DNA of 64,000 bases, from positions 1,476,780 through 1,540,779 of the forward strand of contig NMRA01000024.1 in NCBI GenBank assembly GCA_002633005.1, written 5' to 3'. This DNA comes from Phoronis australis. Lineage: Eukaryota; Animalia; Phoronida. The notes beneath the pieces were generated by a model. It did no database searches, had not been told where the DNA came from, and saw only the letters and a list, made by a program, of their open reading frames with translations. The stretch's first letter is position 1, and every line of letters begins with the position of its first letter. A program made the position numbers and the translations under genes. Shown here in pieces: positions 61,701-64,000 of the stretch.

Positions 61701-62969
61701 GTTGTAGGACCTTTTACATGGGTGCAAATACTTCGAAAATTGGTTCATCGTGGGTCGTGAGTGAATCGATAGCAGTCCCAATCCGAGTTCTACGCCGCTG
61801 CTCGGTTCGAAGGGTGCTTTGTCTGACACCATTGTTTTGCTTAGTAATATTGCATTATCAGTCGACATTGATGCCTAACGTCGGCGATGTTTCTAATTGG
61901 TGACGTTCCTTGAGCAAACTACTTCGTTTTTTACTGTCCTAGCAGCCGATCAGGTGCTCACTACTACAGGTTGTGGTTAGCGCGGTAATGTGTTGCTCGC
62001 TTCTCAACGATGATGTCAATAGGCCAGTCTACTGTGATTCGTCGAGAGAATAAAAGGGGTTTCTGATGGGGGCACATAATATGTGGGGCACAAAATGCGT
62101 AGTAATTAGTTAGTGGTTGTGTGAAATAAACCAAAACAAAGATATGCTGCACATAAGTACATGTATTTAACATATCTAAAAGGCAGTTGGCTCATTTTGT
62201 GGGGACTTTAAGTTCTATTCACATTCCAGTCTCACTAGGGGGCTTAGGTCAAGGATAGAGTGACTCTATTCATTAGGTCACAAAGTGAGGGTAATAATTA
62301 CTATTTCTTATTGGATGACATCTCAATAGAAGAATTGAAAGCATCCAAGCTCTGTTTTTAGTTCCATTTTCTTTTTGAGTCAAGGAAACTGATGAAAACC
62401 ACAAAATCAGAATAATGGAGTAAAAATTAGGACCACGTGGGTTCTTGAGTTTTAAAAATTGGTCCGCTTATAAATATAAATATATAATAAATATTTTGTC
62501 AACAAAAACCCAAGCCTTGAGCTTGGAAAGTAGCTTCAAACATGGTTTTATCAGCTATTTATACGCATCACTGGCTCGCAACAGAAGCTGGGTCTGAAAG
62601 ACTATGGATAAAACTCTTGTCCTGCTGGAGGATTCTGGTTCAAACGGAATGTTGAGGACATGCCTAGTGAGAAACAGATCTCTTAACTTTAAAGGAACGC
62701 GTGAACAACATTTTTTGCAAGTTCAGTTCATGGTCAAAATCGATTGGCATGAAACTCTGGATAATACTGTAACAGCACTTGCCACAGGCAGTAGTTCAGC
62801 AAATTCCAACAAAAATAATCTCACTCATGAAGTAATGGGTTTTGATAACTCACTTTTCCATTGATTCTCGGAAGTACAGAAGGGCAAACTCCATCATGGA
62901 GTATTTCCCATCAGGCAACATGGTTCCTGTCTGACTGACTTGGTCACTTTGGCTATCGCTGTGACCATT
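46221..62969 (-). CDS. MYO15A: Unconventional myosin XV-like, C-terminal MyTH4-FERM tail (13 exons in the window; motor domain upstream)
   Basis: Exons 62969-62854, 58392-58292, 56715-56666, 54693-54461, 53936-53711, 52085-52008, 51170-51074, 50524-50361, 49292-49159, 47866-47677, 47204-47121, 46752-46621, 46301-46221, all GT-AG and in phase. DGKYSMMEFALLYFR, WSWKEHADMVKWTKSPIQASLL, MyTH4 motifs IMQYMGDYP / DEVYCQLCKQT / CLRGWRLL / YGGRKNVP and FERM motifs EYIFDI / WLLFGSTFF / LLAINKDGVHFL resemble class XV myosins. Class assignment is from recall, not a database search. Confidence 0.88.
46621..46752 (-). CDS. MYO15A: Myosin XV-like penultimate exon
   Basis: atttcag acceptor, CAG|gtactg donor; YLDIKIGDLMNQKVVRIETDQ. 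Confidence 0.9.
47121..47204 (-). CDS. MYO15A: Myosin XV-like exon, FERM C-lobe
   Basis: tgtttcag acceptor, CAC|gtaagc donor; CLLAINKDGVHFL. Confidence 0.9.
47390..47470 (+). mobile_element. SINE fragment, same family as 17665-17765
   Basis: tgagggtt...cctg(c/t)tcaca...ccactgctagaccct shared. Confidence 0.5.
47677..47866 (-). CDS. MYO15A: Myosin XV-like exon, FERM
   Basis: caacag acceptor, AAG|gtattt donor; ...FLDDMGKWLLFGSTFF. Confidence 0.9.
49159..49292 (-). CDS. MYO15A: Myosin XV-like exon, FERM
   Basis: ccacag acceptor, AT|gtgagt donor; VKPDYLDGL...ARLAALMHRA. Confidence 0.9.
49503..50071. mobile_element. PIF/Harbinger-type MITE (TTA TSD, ~40-bp TIR)
   Basis: TTA|GGGCTGTTCCAGTAAAATCTGTATGGGAGGGG ... 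CCCCTCCCACACAGATTTTGCTGGAACAGCCC|TTA; a 3-bp TWA TSD is characteristic of Harbinger. Confidence 0.85.
50361..50524 (-). CDS. MYO15A: Myosin XV-like exon, FERM
   Basis: tctttgcag acceptor, CAG|gtgggt donor; DEYIFDITTEL...YIDMIFSQ. Confidence 0.92.
50895..51093. repeat. 97-bp tandem duplication spanning a myosin exon/intron donor junction
   Basis: Two copies with period 97, one substitution seen. Confidence 0.9.
51074..51170 (-). CDS. MYO15A: Myosin XV-like exon, FERM
   Basis: tttatccag acceptor, G|gtaggt donor; VTDDVIEEIC...EEYSLF. Confidence 0.9.
52008..52085 (-). CDS. MYO15A: Myosin XV-like exon, start of FERM
   Basis: tttttcag acceptor, ACA|gtgagt donor; SGRYTKRQSVLTPGG. Confidence 0.9.
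53292..53532. mobile_element. MITE, copy 2 of the family at 18760-18967
   Basis: caatgacaaaaaagag...ttttccaggtgatgaatc...cgtttttgcatgaataaagtca...aagaggaaaatt shared. Confidence 0.7.
53711..53936 (-). CDS. MYO15A: Myosin XV-like exon, MyTH4 C-terminal half
   Basis: ttcttacag acceptor, ACG|gtgagt donor; DSCLRGWRLL...YGGRKNVP. Confidence 0.92.
54461..54693 (-). CDS. MYO15A: Myosin XV-like exon, MyTH4 N-terminal half
   Basis: ctttcag acceptor, CC|gtaagt donor; SPIQASLL...DEVYCQLCKQT. Confidence 0.92.
56666..56715 (-). CDS. MYO15A: Myosin XV-like exon (SDWSWKEHADMVKWTK)
   Basis: ttacag acceptor, AAG|gtgagt donor, phase 1-0. Confidence 0.88.
58292..58392 (-). CDS. MYO15A: Myosin XV-like exon (YEMMRTDDGSIRG...KSKK)
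   Basis: ttttgaag acceptor, G|gtgatg donor, phase 2-1. Confidence 0.85.
59117..59387. mobile_element. MITE with imperfect TIR
   Basis: gggtctgtttcatgaa ... ttcatgaaacaaatcc; related copy near 40000-40325. Confidence 0.6.
59900..62100 (-). promoter_or_regulatory. CpG-enriched intronic region, candidate internal promoter/enhancer of the myosin gene
   Basis: Visibly higher CG density than the flanks; CRE TGACGTCA (~60017), AP-1 TGACTCA (~61332), E-boxes CACGTG; several consensus minus-strand splice sites. Confidence 0.5.
62854..62969 (-). CDS. MYO15A: Myosin XV-like exon (NGHSDSQ...YSMMEFALLYFRESMEK)
   Basis: ttctgtttcag acceptor, AA|gtgagt donor, phase 0-2. Confidence 0.85.
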
Positions 62970-63059
62970 CTGAAACAGAAAGTGGGTTCACCCATACATT
63001 AATGCACTAAAAACTAAAGCTCAGGAGAAAATGAAAATATAGGAAAGTGGGATATCATT

Positions 63060-63223
63060 CCGTTCAAATTATTTCACTCCGTTCAAATTATTTCACTCCG
63101 TTCAAATTATTTCACTCCGTTCAAATTATTTCACTCCGTTCAAATTATTTCACTCCGTTCAAATTATTTCACTCCGTTCAAATTATTTCACTCCGTTCAA
63201 ATTATTTCACTCCGTTCAAATTA
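63060..63223. repeat. 19-bp minisatellite (CCGTTCAAATTATTTCACT), about 8.6 copies
   Basis: Perfect head-to-tail copies without spacers. Confidence 0.97.
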
Positions 63224-64000
63224 ATCATTTCAAGGCAATTAGCTGAACAGTACTACACAGCTGCCAACTCAACCATTCGATAAAATTCTGACCATATACA
63301 ACAACACACTAACCCTTGGAAAATAGCAATCTCATGACTGTTTTACTTAGAATTCGTGATTGTTACCATACATACCATGCACTAATGTACGAATGATGAC
63401 TGTGAACAGGGAAAGGTGTGATTTTGAAACATGACTCAATTTCACTCTGAAAAAATGGCGTTTTCTATTCCTTCAGTGTTTTCACCCACATCGACAAAAC
63501 ACCACATTCAAAAACAGAGGATGAATTTTTTACAGCCCAGGGTTGCACGCTGTCCCCTTGTTTGAAGGATAGGACATGCAGAATCTATCACCATGTGCGT
63601 GCAACAAACGAAGTATAAATTTGGAATGTTTGTTATAGCCTAGCAAAAAGAAAAATGCACGTCTGTACATGCCCCTCCTTTAGGGACACAGTAGGAGCAC
63701 AACCACCAAACACAAACCTGATGTTTATCCATAACAACACTCCCGTAATACTTTGTAACACACAACTTAATAACAACTAGCATGCATCTGACCATGGGGG
63801 ATTATAGTCTACCCCGTAACTATTAAAAAGACCACTTAAGCAGTCTCACTACAATATTGATTATTTTAATTCATGAAATGTTTATAATGTGGTCTCAGGG
63901 ATTAACACATCACATCTGAAGTCTAGTCACAATAACTTGAACGTTGATGTCAGGAGGAGTACATAAAAACTTGTGGCAGTAAGAGGCATAGGTTATTGCC

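Noticed and set aside
60400-62000. Nested + strand protein-coding gene in the myosin intron
   Set aside because: No sustained ORF or phase-consistent exon chain found on +
63060-63223. CRISPR-like array
   Set aside because: No unique spacers, no cas genes, eukaryotic context

Overview
AT-rich, intron-rich eukaryotic DNA, probably from a bilaterian invertebrate (inferred from gene content and repeat types), from a draft assembly with a 95-N gap and scattered single Ns. Almost all entries in the six-frame ORF track are spurious; I rebuilt the genes by hand from GT-AG splice sites and phase continuity. There are four protein-coding genes: (1) the 3' half of an unidentified multi-exon gene on + (1-5806); (2) a complete BTB-BACK-6xKelch gene on - (17354-31645, 568 aa); (3) a 3-exon, 98-aa signal-peptide plus hydrophobic-anchor microprotein gene on + (37427-40751), absent from the ORF track and head-to-head with the Kelch gene; (4) the C-terminal MyTH4-FERM tail of a myosin XV-like gene on - (46221-62969, continuing beyond the window). 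Introns and UTRs hold non-autonomous DNA transposons with visible TIR/TSD signatures (Kolobok-like TTAA, Mutator-like 9 bp, Harbinger-like TTA), a 5'-truncated L1/Tx1 LINE with a 14-bp TSD, tRNA-like SINE fragments, a ~235-bp palindrome and minisatellites. The best leads are the microprotein, a CpG-rich intronic region with extra exons that could produce a motor-less MyTH4-FERM myosin isoform, and a UGA-CUA readthrough context on the Kelch stop. All three are hypotheses needing expression data. I found no CRISPR array, rRNA or intact tRNA.
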